64,000 nucleotides of DNA from an uncultured Candidatus Saccharibacteria bacterium (GCA_964633425.1 CAZWFX010000001.1:9644-73643); one strand, 5' to 3'; shown: positions 1-8,731, numbered from the stretch's first letter. Numbers and translations are program-made. Notes: generated by a model from the sequence alone, not told the origin.

Positions 1-375
1 GATTCCGTCTAGCTTTGGCTGGACAAATGCAGGCCACTTGATCTTGGTGGCGTGCTTGTCGTAGGACTGGGCTAGCATCGGATCTACCCCACCAACCAAA
101 TCCGTTTCTCCTGCAGAAGCCCTGTCCGGATCTTCCACGTAGGACTTTTTAACCTTTTTTGTCCATCGTGATTGGGCTTCGGCGAGGGCTTGTTGGGCGG
201 GCGTGGTTTGGTTGGCCTTGCCCAGGTTCTTGCCTTCCGAGATCACCTCGGAGGTCTCTTGGAGTTTACCTCCAACCTGACCGTAGACTGTCTTGATGGT
301 GGAGCCCTCTACCGAGATTGCCCACATCTGGATGGCCCCGGTAGAGGTCTTCTTGTAAAGAGTTGGGAAGGTCAC
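1..375 (-). CDS. ATP-dependent DNA ligase, N-terminal part (gene runs off the left edge)
   Basis: Own minus-strand translation; absent from the ORF track because it is truncated. From GTG375: TFPTLYKKTSTGAIQMWAISVEG...KIKWPAFVQPKLDGI, ending in the KxDG adenylation motif I at the window edge. Confidence 0.7.
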   Translation of the reverse strand, partial: MTFPTLYKKTSTGAIQMWAISVEGSTIKTVYGQVGGKLQETSEVISEGKNLGKANQTTPAQQALAEAQSRWTKKVKKSYVEDPDRASAGETDLVGGVDPMLAQSYDKHATKIKWPAFVQPKLDGI

Positions 376-380
376 TGGAA

Positions 381-800
381 CTAGGCCGACTTGACTGCGC
401 GGCAGTCAAAGGTGGGACGGTAGAAGCTCGGGACGTTGGTCTGGTTGACCTCTCCATTGAACAGCACGCCGCACTCGTTGGCCCACTTGGGCGTCCGGAA
501 CGAGCCAACGGACTTGTTGCTTCCAAACGTCAACTGCATCAGGCGCTCAGCCAGTGCTGAGGCTGGCTTCCAGGGCGAATCCGTAGGGATCGTTACCTCA
601 ATGGTCTTTCCGGCCTTGAGGGCCTCCTCGGCCAGCTTGCGGCCCTCCTCCCTGTAGTACCGATCCTTGGGCGAGCAGAAGCTCACGGCGCCGGTAACCT
701 TGTTGTCTTGAGCGACAAACGCAAAGGTTGCGCGGCCAACAGTGCCATTGTACGGGTTAACGAGCCAAACATGAGCGAACTTAACGGGCTTTGCGGTCAT
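381..800 (-). CDS. hypothetical protein (139 aa)
   Basis: ORF 381..950 trimmed to the internal ATG (MTAKPVKF), which is preceded by AAAGGAAAGAAAAA. The longer version would overlap the upstream RNA ligase gene and the promoter at 835-863. Confidence 0.6.
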   Translation of the reverse strand: MTAKPVKFAHVWLVNPYNGTVGRATFAFVAQDNKVTGAVSFCSPKDRYYREEGRKLAEEALKAGKTIEVTIPTDSPWKPASALAERLMQLTFGSNKSVGSFRTPKWANECGVLFNGEVNQTNVPSFYRPTFDCRAVKSA

Positions 801-834
801 TTTTTCTTTCCTTTTGGTGTTGGTTGTGAAATCG

Positions 835-863
835 AGACTACCAGATCGATCTTTCGATGTCAA
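835..863 (-). promoter_or_regulatory. sigma70-like promoter (TTGACA-17-TAGTCT)
   Basis: Minus strand reads TTGACA tcgaaagatcgatctgg TAGTCT, about 35 nt upstream of ATG800. Confidence 0.5.
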
Positions 864-873
864 GAGGGGGTTT

Positions 874-1998
874 CTAGTGCCTTTCCGTGCCTCCTTCTCG
901 CAGGAGATAGGCCTCGCTAACGAACTTAAGTGAGATCCTCTCTCTGGCATCAGGCGCCTCGTTGGCTGTCTTGATGACCGCCCCCTCTCTGAGGGTTCCT
1001 TTGTGTAGGGCCGACATCAAGGGCTTCTTTGGATTGGGCCCATTAACCAGAGAATTCAAAAGTTCGGGGTCGTACATGCCCCTGAACAAGACTGGGACGG
1101 TAGGGATGTCAAGATCCTGACACTTGGCCTTAAAGTCTTCCCAGTTGAGGTATCGTTTTTCTGCGATAACATAGATATCAAACGCCGCAAACCCAACATC
1201 TTCTGTGCTAAATCCGTACTTTAGGTCTTGGGTCCCAAGAACCTCCCCAAACAGAATATGTCCCGGCAGCTTTTCCATCTTCTTGGTTAGGCCATACTTC
1301 TTGTCGGCTGCCAAAAAGGCGGTTTGGGTGGTTCCCATTACGTGATGGCTGCCGAGTACAGGTAGGTCTTTGTCGCACACCACTCTACAGTTCATTCCAT
1401 GAAGCTTTTCAGTAACTACGATTTCCCTGTCTACCAACAGGTGAGCGTACTTCTTGTACTTGTCTAGATCATATACAGGACATGTCTGGCCGTTGGACAA
1501 GTAAAATTGAGGCTTTGGTCCACGAACGTAGGGCTGCCTAACGTTAAAGCCCAGTCGGGTACCAATGAGGTACTTCCACTTTCGGTAAAACCGAAAGGCT
1601 CTGTCTCTAATGGTTAATTCTTGCTCAGGATCCTCTTCGAACTTGAAAATTCCAAGAGCCTTGGAGGCATCCTTCCCTGGCTTCCACTTGGGTTGATACC
1701 ACTTTCTTGGTGGAAGAGGAACTAGGAGCCCGTCCGAAAAGGTTCCTCTAAGGCGCTTGGCTCGGATTCTTTCCAGCTTGATTTCGGGCTTCTCGGGCTT
1801 CTTTAGGAAAGAGAATTCCGGATGATCCAAGGGCACGACCGAATCGATTGGGACCAATACGGCCAGATCTCCGACCTTCCACTGGCCAGATCTGGCGATG
1901 CAGACGGTTCCATCGACTGCAATGATGTCCAGTGTGTCGGCGTTTGGGTGCTTGATGAGTTCTTTGATGACCACTACAGGGCAGGACCATTTAGACAT
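874..1998 (-). CDS. RNA ligase, DRB0094/Rnl5-like (N-terminal OB-like domain plus nucleotidyltransferase)
   Basis: N-terminus VVVIKELIKHPNADTLDIIAVDG..GQWKVGDLAVLVPIDSVVP is typical of the DRB0094 RNA-ligase family (recalled from memory). It has a lysine nucleotidyltransferase motif I, TEKLHGMN. Confidence 0.75.
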   Translation of the reverse strand: MSKWSCPVVVIKELIKHPNADTLDIIAVDGTVCIARSGQWKVGDLAVLVPIDSVVPLDHPEFSFLKKPEKPEIKLERIRAKRLRGTFSDGLLVPLPPRKWYQPKWKPGKDASKALGIFKFEEDPEQELTIRDRAFRFYRKWKYLIGTRLGFNVRQPYVRGPKPQFYLSNGQTCPVYDLDKYKKYAHLLVDREIVVTEKLHGMNCRVVCDKDLPVLGSHHVMGTTQTAFLAADKKYGLTKKMEKLPGHILFGEVLGTQDLKYGFSTEDVGFAAFDIYVIAEKRYLNWEDFKAKCQDLDIPTVPVLFRGMYDPELLNSLVNGPNPKKPLMSALHKGTLREGAVIKTANEAPDARERISLKFVSEAYLLREGGTERH

Positions 1999-2013
1999 TT
2001 ACAATTTTACCTT

Positions 2014-2442
2014 TTAGAACTTGAGTTTACCGGAACTTGGTGTGGGAGACGTACCTACATGTGGTGGGTTGTAGGAATTACCGGCTTTGGCTAAAGAGAA
2101 TCGCCTCCCCTTTACCTTCCAACCCTTCTTCAAGCTCCTGGAAATCTCGTGAGAGTAGGAACCAATCTCCGCTGCTGCTTCTGACAGAGAAGCGTAGAAG
2201 TTACCCTGGTCGTCTATTACTGGGATCTCGGGATGGCGCCCAGTCTTCTTGGCTGGCACTGGAGTGGCCTTTGTGGGCGGAGTGGCCACCGTCTTTACGG
2301 AGTCTTCCTTCAGAGCGCGAGAGAAGGCTCTCAGTGCCATCTCTTTAATGACACTTTCCGGAATACTGCTTTCCATCAAGCCATGCAGGATTTCCTCTTT
2401 GGTTAGCACTGCCAGAGACTTAATTGTTTGGATCTTGTCCAT
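2014..2442 (-). CDS. hypothetical protein, possible small DNA-binding module
   Basis: The track start 2445 is TTG; ATG at 2442 overlaps the upstream stop (TGATG). The C-terminal ..FYASLSEAAAEIGSYSHEISRSLKKGWKVKGRRF resembles NUMOD/HTH-like modules. Confidence 0.55.
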   Translation of the reverse strand: MDKIQTIKSLAVLTKEEILHGLMESSIPESVIKEMALRAFSRALKEDSVKTVATPPTKATPVPAKKTGRHPEIPVIDDQGNFYASLSEAAAEIGSYSHEISRSLKKGWKVKGRRFSLAKAGNSYNPPHVGTSPTPSSGKLKF

Positions 2443-2609
2443 CAAATATCCTTATACTTGTTCAGTAGATCGATCGTGGACTGCAATACCACGAAGGCGT
2501 TGGCTTGCTTTCTTAGCGCACGGATTAGTTCATCTCGCTGATTCTTAAATTGCAGACAATCTTCTTTGTAAGAACAAAGACAGTCCTGACATGCAGTGAA
2601 ATCTGACAT
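2442..2609 (-). CDS. small Cys-rich protein (55 aa), below the ORF-track cutoff
   Basis: Own translation MSDFTACQDCLCSYKEDCLQFKNQRDELIRALRKQANAFVVLQSTIDLLNKYKDI. It fills the 2446-2609 gap and is stop/start coupled on both sides. Confidence 0.4.
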   Translation of the reverse strand: MSDFTACQDCLCSYKEDCLQFKNQRDELIRALRKQANAFVVLQSTIDLLNKYKDI

Positions 2610-2813
2610 TTACAGTCCCTTTCTGGTTTCTGTCCTGTGTCTATAGGCCTCTTCGGCCCAGGCGTCAAGGAGGACTGAGACGAGTAGGGCCAGGCTTGCG
2701 ACCGAAGCGATTCGATCCGACGTCTTTTTCAGAGACCTGGCGGTTTGCGTGGCGAGTTCAATCACGGTGTTCATGAAGGAGACGGTATCAGGATCGGTGA
2801 AGCTAGTCAACAC
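2610..2813 (-). CDS. hypothetical small protein (start uncertain)
   Basis: ORF with a GTG start right after a terminator and no SD. An alternative ATG lies at 2774. Hydrophobic stretch ASLALLVSVLL. Confidence 0.3.
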   Translation of the reverse strand: MLTSFTDPDTVSFMNTVIELATQTARSLKKTSDRIASVASLALLVSVLLDAWAEEAYRHRTETRKGL

Positions 2814-2841
2814 AAAAAGAAAAGGCCCGCTTTTGCGGGCC
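2812..2841 (-). terminator. Rho-independent terminator downstream of the vWA gene
   Basis: Minus strand reads GGCCCGC-AAAA-GCGGGCC followed by TTTTCTTTTTGT, 33 nt after the stop at 2874. Confidence 0.7.
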
Positions 2842-2873
2842 GATCCTTCGCTCTTGGAAAGCTTGGTACGTGC

Positions 2874-4403
2874 TTACGGGACAGTAGCTGTTGTGTTTCC
2901 GGTAGTAGGAGCGGCCACCCAGGTAGGTGCCTTGGGGGTAGTCATCCGGAAGTCGTGAAGGACGAGACTGCCTCTGGGCAACCTACGATTAATCGAAGTG
3001 GACTCGACAAAGATGTCGAAGTTCCCATGATTCCCAGGATCGACCGTTGCGTTGACTCCGATCGGCAGGCCGATTAGGGTTCGTGCAATGTCACCTCCGT
3101 AGATCTTCTTGGTGAACTTGTCTCGAAGGAGGATGCCCTTGGTGGCTTGAACCACCTTCTCGTGCTTGGTAAGCTGGTAGAACCCAGATCCGATGATGTA
3201 TTCGGAGCCGGTCTTGCCCTTGATGAACTCGTCGATCCGCGCTTCCTGATCTACCGTGTAGAGCCGATAGATTCCGGAAAGGTCCTGAAGCTTGGCCAGA
3301 TCGGCGGCGGTGACCTTGGAAAGATCGGGCTGTACGTAGTAGTTCTGAACCCTGGACGCTCCGGTAGAGCGGGCCGTCATGTAGTTGGTGGCAGCGATCG
3401 CGTTGGCTGCCGAAGCCACTCCAGTACCCTTGACGGTGGTGTCCCATTCCATCACGTTATCGGAGGAAATCCCCAGCCTTCCCCAGTTACGAAGGAAGGA
3501 GGACTTGGTCCCACGAGGAACCATGAAGGCCATGGTCCAACGATCGGTCTTGTTGGCGGCAGTAACGACTGCCGGAGTCGGATTGCCGGGGTAGTCACCT
3601 TCGGTGTCTTCGCCGTCCGTGATGACGTTAAAGACGATGGCGTTGTTGGGGCCATTCAGCCCAGGGTCCTTCATCAGGAGAGTGACGATGTCGTGGGTGG
3701 TCTTCACCAGTGGGGTGTTCCCCGATGTCGTATAGTGAATGTTGGCATTCACCTTATCGGCCGGTACTCGCCAAAATTGAGGGACGTACCTGGAGTTCCC
3801 GAACGTGACCAGCGACACCCGAGGCATCTGCATCTTGAGTCGATTGGCAGACTCCTTGATGGAGTTAATCTGCTCGCCCAGGGCTCTTAGGGCGGGTGCT
3901 GCAATGGACTGCATGGACCCAGAAGAATCCAAAAGGATTACGAAGTCTGTCTCCAGGTTTTGCTGTGGAGTGGGCGGCTGGGGAGCAGCCGCCTCGGTCC
4001 TGATGGAAATGGTGGTCAGGGTCGACTGGCCGTTGGTTACGGTCTTGGTGATCTTGGTGGTCACCGATCCGTCCGGGTTGGTGGTAACCTCCCTGGTCTC
4101 TGTCTGTTCTCCGGTCGGTGCCGTTGGTGCCGAAATAGGGGCTGGCGTCGCAGTGGCTGATTTGACCTCGCCCTTAAGCCTAAAGGTAAGGGGCCAGTAG
4201 TTCTTTCCATCATCCCCACGAATCAGGTAGGACTCGTAGTCTCTGACGCCAGTAGCGCGGCCCTTGATCCTTGCAGGATACTGGTTGGGATTGGGACGCT
4301 TGCCCTTCTCCACCACCTCGATGACGGTGCCGGTGTACTTCTTGCCTGTTGATGCTTTGCGGGTTGGATTAACCCAAGATACTCGATCGCCTAGTTTGAA
4401 CAT
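2874..4403 (-). CDS. von Willebrand factor A (vWA) domain protein with complete MIDAS
   Basis: DFVILLDSSGSMQS (DxSxS), ..TTSGNTPL.. and ..ITDGEDT.. form a MIDAS. There is an N-terminal SH3/Tudor-like segment and a T/P-rich linker. The start is moved to MFKLGDR (ATG4403, SD AAAGG) because the CAATCTTTA motif abuts ATG4460. Confidence 0.8.
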   Translation of the reverse strand: MFKLGDRVSWVNPTRKASTGKKYTGTVIEVVEKGKRPNPNQYPARIKGRATGVRDYESYLIRGDDGKNYWPLTFRLKGEVKSATATPAPISAPTAPTGEQTETREVTTNPDGSVTTKITKTVTNGQSTLTTISIRTEAAAPQPPTPQQNLETDFVILLDSSGSMQSIAAPALRALGEQINSIKESANRLKMQMPRVSLVTFGNSRYVPQFWRVPADKVNANIHYTTSGNTPLVKTTHDIVTLLMKDPGLNGPNNAIVFNVITDGEDTEGDYPGNPTPAVVTAANKTDRWTMAFMVPRGTKSSFLRNWGRLGISSDNVMEWDTTVKGTGVASAANAIAATNYMTARSTGASRVQNYYVQPDLSKVTAADLAKLQDLSGIYRLYTVDQEARIDEFIKGKTGSEYIIGSGFYQLTKHEKVVQATKGILLRDKFTKKIYGGDIARTLIGLPIGVNATVDPGNHGNFDIFVESTSINRRLPRGSLVLHDFRMTTPKAPTWVAAPTTGNTTATVP

Positions 4404-4460
4404 TTGCCTTTTTTCTTTCTGGTTTCTAGGGAGAATGCCCTTTGTGAAACCGATTTCCAT

Positions 4461-4471
4461 TAAAGATTGTG
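4461..4471 (-). promoter_or_regulatory. CAATCTTTA late-type motif
   Basis: Minus strand reads CACAATCTTTA upstream of the vWA gene. Confidence 0.4.
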
Positions 4472-4475
4472 TCTA

Positions 4476-5594
4476 TTACGTTTCGTTTTTGGCGGCCTTG
4501 GCGTAGACTTGAGCAAGGGTGTAGGTGCCCTCTTCTAGATCCCCTTCGCCACCAATCCTGGTATATATAGCCTGAGCCTGACTAAATGCAAGAGGCCCGA
4601 TGTACGCATAAGAAGAGAGTCGTCCAGGACGGTAGATGGCCGGATCGATGTCGTCCTTGCTAATGTTGGTCGTGCAGATGATCCTGGTGTCCAAAACCCT
4701 ACCAAAGATGCCGTCCGACAAATTCAACAGTGCCGACAGGGCCGAGTCTCCGGCCCCAACCCTCTTCTTGATGGCTTCATCGGCGTCCTCTAAAACCAAA
4801 ACGGTGGGCTGTCCACTCTGTCTAAGTGACAGCAGCAATTCCGTCAAAGAAGGGTTGACGATACTGCTGACCATGGAAGACGGGATTAGCAGCACCGTGG
4901 CCTGATCTCGAATCCTTTCAATCAAAGACATAATCATAAAGGTCTTGCCAGTTCCTGGAGGACCAGAAATGACTCCGATTCGCCCCTTTGGCTCGTCCCC
5001 AATACAGTCTTCTAGCATTCGCTCGAACTTATCCTTGATCTCCGGAGCGTAGTTGTCCGCCGTAAAGGACTTGGTCTCCAAGGGGATGTTGTGAATATTC
5101 AGGCCTCTGGGAGAGGTCACCAACAAAGAAACCGTTGGCAGTGGGACCATCCTTGGACGACACCTTTGACTAAAATGCTCGATAATGACTTGCGCTTCTT
5201 CGTTTGAAGCACCGTATACGTGCAGAGAACGGTCATTCCAGTATGCGATCTTCTGGTCTTTGACCAAAATGGCGGTCTCGAACGTGTCCTCTAGGTAGAG
5301 GGGTAGCCAGTCGTCGAAAAAGTCGGTGTCATACGGATTTGACATTTGGGTGTAAACGTCGACTTGATACCCAAACGGAAGCTCATTACGATTCAAATAC
5401 TCCATCAAATCCGCGATGAGCGATATCTTCAGCTCTTCTGGAAGGCCTGTATAGTTACTAAGTGCGGGCCTTTTCGAGATCCATTTCGGTCTGGGATTTT
5501 TATACCAGGTCGCTTCTCTGTCTTTAATTGACTTGAGAAAGTCCACTCTGGGCTTTCCTACGTGGCCGAGATCTTTCTGCTTATCTTCTGACAT
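4476..5594 (-). CDS. classical AAA family ATPase (paralogue 1, intein-free)
   Basis: Walker A GPPGTGKT, Walker B VLVLEDADE, sensor-1 ICTTN, and DPAIYRPGRL (AAA second region of homology). SD AAAGGA before ATG5594. Confidence 0.9.
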   Translation of the reverse strand: MSEDKQKDLGHVGKPRVDFLKSIKDREATWYKNPRPKWISKRPALSNYTGLPEELKISLIADLMEYLNRNELPFGYQVDVYTQMSNPYDTDFFDDWLPLYLEDTFETAILVKDQKIAYWNDRSLHVYGASNEEAQVIIEHFSQRCRPRMVPLPTVSLLVTSPRGLNIHNIPLETKSFTADNYAPEIKDKFERMLEDCIGDEPKGRIGVISGPPGTGKTFMIMSLIERIRDQATVLLIPSSMVSSIVNPSLTELLLSLRQSGQPTVLVLEDADEAIKKRVGAGDSALSALLNLSDGIFGRVLDTRIICTTNISKDDIDPAIYRPGRLSSYAYIGPLAFSQAQAIYTRIGGEGDLEEGTYTLAQVYAKAAKNET

Positions 5595-5629
5595 TTTATC
5601 CTTTTATAATATCCGACGATTTGTTGTGC

Positions 5630-7879
5630 CTATCGAGCAAATCCAATGGGTGTCTTGCTGACGGTTGTCTGCGACGGTTCCGTGCCAGAGGCCATGGCGT
5701 AAATCTGGGCTAGGGTGTATTCTTTTTCTGTCAAGACCTCCTTGCCTCCAAGTCTTTCATATACCCTTTGAGACTGTTCTTTGTCAAGGGGTCCGACATA
5801 GACATAGGAGGAAAGTCGGCCGGGACGGTAGATGGCTGGATCTACGTCATTTTGGTCAATGTTGGTGGTGCAAATAATGCGCGTGTCCAGGATCTGGCCG
5901 AAAAGGCCATCCGATAGATTCAACAGGGCTGACAGGGCAGAATCCCCAGCGCCCTTCCTCTTTCGGATGGCCTCATCGGCGTCCTCGATAACCAAGACCA
6001 TGGGCTTGTTCTTGTCCCTAAAATTCAAAAGGGTATTGACCAGAGTGGGGTCTACGATAGAGCTTACCATTGAGGATGGCATGAGCAGTACGTCGGCCTT
6101 GTTACGGATCTCGTTGATGAGAGCCATTATCAGGTGGGTGTTGTGTGTGACGGTAAAGTCCCCTAAAAGGAAACGGCCATCGCCATCGAGTTCGAACCCA
6201 GCATATTCTCCAATGCCAATGGGTTCGACTGAAATGCCTGTGTTAAGGGCATCCTTGATTTGACGTCTGGAAGGCGCCCTCTTGCGAGCTATTTTTGTCG
6301 GAATGATCGAACAGTCTCCGCTAATAGACATCCTTACGTACATTCCGACAAATCCGTTTTGACAAGTTTTTTGTGTTTTAGTGCTGACTACCTTAAGCCC
6401 AAGGGATCTGGCCAAAAACGCGATTTGGCTAGCCATTGTCATATTCTTTTGACTAATTTCAAATCCTCCATTGTTTAGATGTCCGTCGGAATCTAGGATC
6501 CCAGCCAAAAGCTGGAGTCTATTATGCCGACTTGATCTTAGATACTTTTCTGGAATGACCGAATTCGTCCCAACCTCTTTTCTGAATGTAGCAAGAAACG
6601 GGCCGACCTTGCCGTCGCCCTTAAGTTTTGCGAACAGATAGGTATCACTCAGTGCTCGCGGATCTTCGTGTTTTGACAAACTACACCCAACCCTAGTGGC
6701 TGTATCCTTTAGATACTCGACAATTTCTGGATCCGCCGTTGTAATACCAACTCGCTTAAGATAGAGTCCGTTATCGGACAGTTCCTTACCGCCGTCTCCT
6801 GCCCAAAGACCGATTAAATAGGGATCTACCAAAAGATCGTCGTTTACCGGAAAATCAACACCAACGGAAAATTGTTTGTGAATATTTTTCCAATAGGTTG
6901 ATTTTTGTAGATATTCATTGAGAGGAATGTCTACGATTTCTTTAGTGTATGTGTTTTTTAGAGTCAGTACGTGAACGTCATTACATACCCAAGAAGATCC
7001 TTTAACCGGATTGATCTGATAAAGTTCTCCGATTCCTCTTACTGTAGACAGTACCTTTCTTGGTTTACTGTCTGGTCCCATAAGGGAATCTCCTGCTACG
7101 ATTGACTCGACAGGCACAACAGAACCGTCGTATTTTAGGACTAGAGTCCCAAGCCCCAGACACTTCCCTGTGCCTGGAGGACCTGAAATCACCCCGATTC
7201 GACCACGGGGTTTTTTGGTGGTGCAGTCTTCGGTCATCCTGACGAACTTCTCTCCGATGTCTGGATAGTAGTTGTCCGACAGAAAGGTCTCCGGTTCGAT
7301 TTCAATCTCGCAAGCACCAAGTCCTTCAGGGCCAGAAACCAAAAGGTTGACTCTTGGAGCGGGCTTGGCGGCCGGCCTGGCAAAGTACGTCGCTGCGTAA
7401 GCGAATTCCTCGGGTCTGAGACCGATCATGGTCAGATATCGGTCAGAATAAAAGGCGATCTTGGTGTCTTTTACGAAGATCGCGTAATTGATTTCCCTGG
7501 AATTGGCGCCGACAAACACAGCTCGCCATCCGTCGAAATAGTCATCTGCGGAAAGATCCTTTTCGGGATATCCGGTATAGCAGATGCCCATTCCTTGGTT
7601 GAGGCTTGTGTTGTGTAGGTACAGCGACGCCAGGACCATGCGATAGATTTCCATGGCGGAGTAGGACCAGTGACCGTCATTAATGGTCATGTCTTTGGAG
7701 ATCCAGTCAGGCCAGGGGTTGGCGTCCCAGATCGGGGACTTTTTGGCTAGCCTTACGAAGAAGGCGTGCTTGGAATTTTCGGGAGTGGCGGTTTGGGTTA
7801 GTTCTTGAGCCTTGGCCTTTTCGGCAAAGCTGTCCCACGGGATGTTGTCTTCGTCTTCTGTTTCGATGATTATAGCCAT
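5630..7879 (-). CDS. classical AAA family ATPase (paralogue 2) interrupted by an intein
   Basis: The exteins align with the 4476..5594 product (RIGVISGPPGTGK|...|THLIMALINEIR.., LVIEDADE, ICTTN, DPAIYRPGRL). 749 aa minus a 341-aa insert leaves 408 aa. Confidence 0.9.
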   Translation of the reverse strand: MAIIIETEDEDNIPWDSFAEKAKAQELTQTATPENSKHAFFVRLAKKSPIWDANPWPDWISKDMTINDGHWSYSAMEIYRMVLASLYLHNTSLNQGMGICYTGYPEKDLSADDYFDGWRAVFVGANSREINYAIFVKDTKIAFYSDRYLTMIGLRPEEFAYAATYFARPAAKPAPRVNLLVSGPEGLGACEIEIEPETFLSDNYYPDIGEKFVRMTEDCTTKKPRGRIGVISGPPGTGKCLGLGTLVLKYDGSVVPVESIVAGDSLMGPDSKPRKVLSTVRGIGELYQINPVKGSSWVCNDVHVLTLKNTYTKEIVDIPLNEYLQKSTYWKNIHKQFSVGVDFPVNDDLLVDPYLIGLWAGDGGKELSDNGLYLKRVGITTADPEIVEYLKDTATRVGCSLSKHEDPRALSDTYLFAKLKGDGKVGPFLATFRKEVGTNSVIPEKYLRSSRHNRLQLLAGILDSDGHLNNGGFEISQKNMTMASQIAFLARSLGLKVVSTKTQKTCQNGFVGMYVRMSISGDCSIIPTKIARKRAPSRRQIKDALNTGISVEPIGIGEYAGFELDGDGRFLLGDFTVTHNTHLIMALINEIRNKADVLLMPSSMVSSIVDPTLVNTLLNFRDKNKPMVLVIEDADEAIRKRKGAGDSALSALLNLSDGLFGQILDTRIICTTNIDQNDVDPAIYRPGRLSSYVYVGPLDKEQSQRVYERLGGKEVLTEKEYTLAQIYAMASGTEPSQTTVSKTPIGFAR
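6140..7162 (-). mobile_element. intein with LAGLIDADG homing-endonuclease domain, inserted in Walker A (GPPGTGK^T)
   Basis: In-frame 341 aa. It starts with Cys (CLGLGTLV) right after GPPGTGK and ends ..DFTVTHN, followed by +1 Thr. Two LAGLIDADG motifs are present (LIGLWAGDGG, LLAGILDSDGH). The paralogue reads GPPGTGKTFMIM without the insert. Confidence 0.9.
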
Positions 7880-8184
7880 TGACCGACCTGTTTAATTGAC
7901 TGGATAGTTAGTTCTGTGGTGAATGGGACGAGTTGTTGTCCGTGGCCTGAATCCAGGGCTTTTAGCATCTGAGTTGTAATATCGTTGTGGCTAAATGCGA
8001 TTGACAGGTTGGGTTTGTATAGGCCATAGACCATGAGCTGTATGGCCCTGTCGGCCACCCAGACCTCAGTAACATCAGGGAATTCCCTCTTGAGGGCTCT
8101 GGCCAGTGGGTTCCTGGAGGGATGATCTGAACCCAGCCCAATATCGGCTTTTGTTACCTGAATCTTAATGGTTGGATTGATCAT
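7870..8184 (-). CDS. hypothetical protein (104 aa)
   Basis: ORF in the operon, overlapping the downstream AAA gene start by 10 nt. No recognisable motif. Confidence 0.55.
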   Translation of the reverse strand: MINPTIKIQVTKADIGLGSDHPSRNPLARALKREFPDVTEVWVADRAIQLMVYGLYKPNLSIAFSHNDITTQMLKALDSGHGQQLVPFTTELTIQSIKQVGQWL

Positions 8185-8194
8185 AATTTAACAG

Positions 8195-8265
8195 AGCCCG
8201 ATCCCTGAATTGAACAGGGGATACCTCATTACAAGTGAGGTGTTATACCACTTAACTAATCGGGC
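8195..8265 (-). tRNA. tRNA-Thr (anticodon UGU)
   Basis: Hand fold: GCCCGAT TA GTTA-AGTGGTA-TAAC A CCTCA-CTTGTAA-TGAGG TATC CCCTG-TTCAATT-CAGGG ATCGGGC T. All stems are Watson-Crick. Confidence 0.85.
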
Positions 8266-8272
8266 CATTGGC

Positions 8273-8689
8273 CTAGTAGACCGGATCGTCGAACTGATCG
8301 GCTGGATCAATGAACGGGTCTATGTCATCTTGGATCTGAGGCAGAGGCCTGGCCTGGCCTTCCCCTTTGTTGCCAAGGAACGTGACTTGGCTGGCCACAA
8401 TGTCGGTGGAGTACCGCTTGGTTCCAGTGGTTGGATCTACCCAGGATCGGTTCTGAAGGCGACCTTCGACATAGATCTGCCTGCCCTTTCCAAGGTACTT
8501 AGAGCAAGATTCTGCCGTCTTGCCCCAAACAGTTACGCGAAACCAGTCAGTTTTGGGTTGCTGACCACGCCCAACAATGGCGTCGGTCGCCAAAGACAAG
8601 TGCGTGTAGCTTTCCCCACCACTCGTACGCATTAGTTCTGGAGTCTCTCCCAGACGCCCCACTAGAATTACCTTGTTTACGCTGCTCAT
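8273..8689 (-). CDS. ssb: single-stranded DNA-binding protein (bacterial SSB/OB-fold type)
   Basis: MSSVNKVILVGRLGETPEL..WFRVTVWGKTAE..GRQIYVEGRLQNRSW.. with an acidic tail DDIDPF..FDDPVY. The start is trimmed to ATG8689 (SD AAAGGA); the track's TTG8725 is the -35 hexamer. Confidence 0.9.
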   Translation of the reverse strand: MSSVNKVILVGRLGETPELMRTSGGESYTHLSLATDAIVGRGQQPKTDWFRVTVWGKTAESCSKYLGKGRQIYVEGRLQNRSWVDPTTGTKRYSTDIVASQVTFLGNKGEGQARPLPQIQDDIDPFIDPADQFDDPVY

Positions 8690-8696
8690 GCTGTCC

Positions 8697-8725
8697 TTTC
8701 TATCCCTTTTCTTGGGGAGTGTCAA
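8697..8725 (-). promoter_or_regulatory. sigma70-like promoter (TTGACA-17-TAGAAA) for ssb
   Basis: Minus strand reads TTGACA ctccccaagaaaaggga TAGAAA ggacagcATG. Confidence 0.55.
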
Positions 8726-8731
8726 GTGTCT

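Noticed and set aside
6140-7162. LAGLIDADG endonuclease as a free-standing gene or group I intron ORF.
   Set aside because: It is in frame with both flanks, starts with Cys after GPPGTGK, ends with HN followed by +1 Thr, and its removal restores a contiguous AAA ATPase matching the paralogue. It is therefore an intein.
8210-8635. A 141-aa plus-strand ORF.
   Set aside because: It overlaps tRNA-Thr (8195-8265) and is antisense to the clearly recognisable ssb gene.
8690-8725. N-terminal extensions of track ORFs (ssb from 8725, 381..950, 54261..54962, 2874..4460, 32007..32621, 21318..21560).
   Set aside because: The track uses the longest ORF with alternative starts. The extensions overlap promoters, tRNAs or upstream genes, and internal ATGs with SD sequences fit better.
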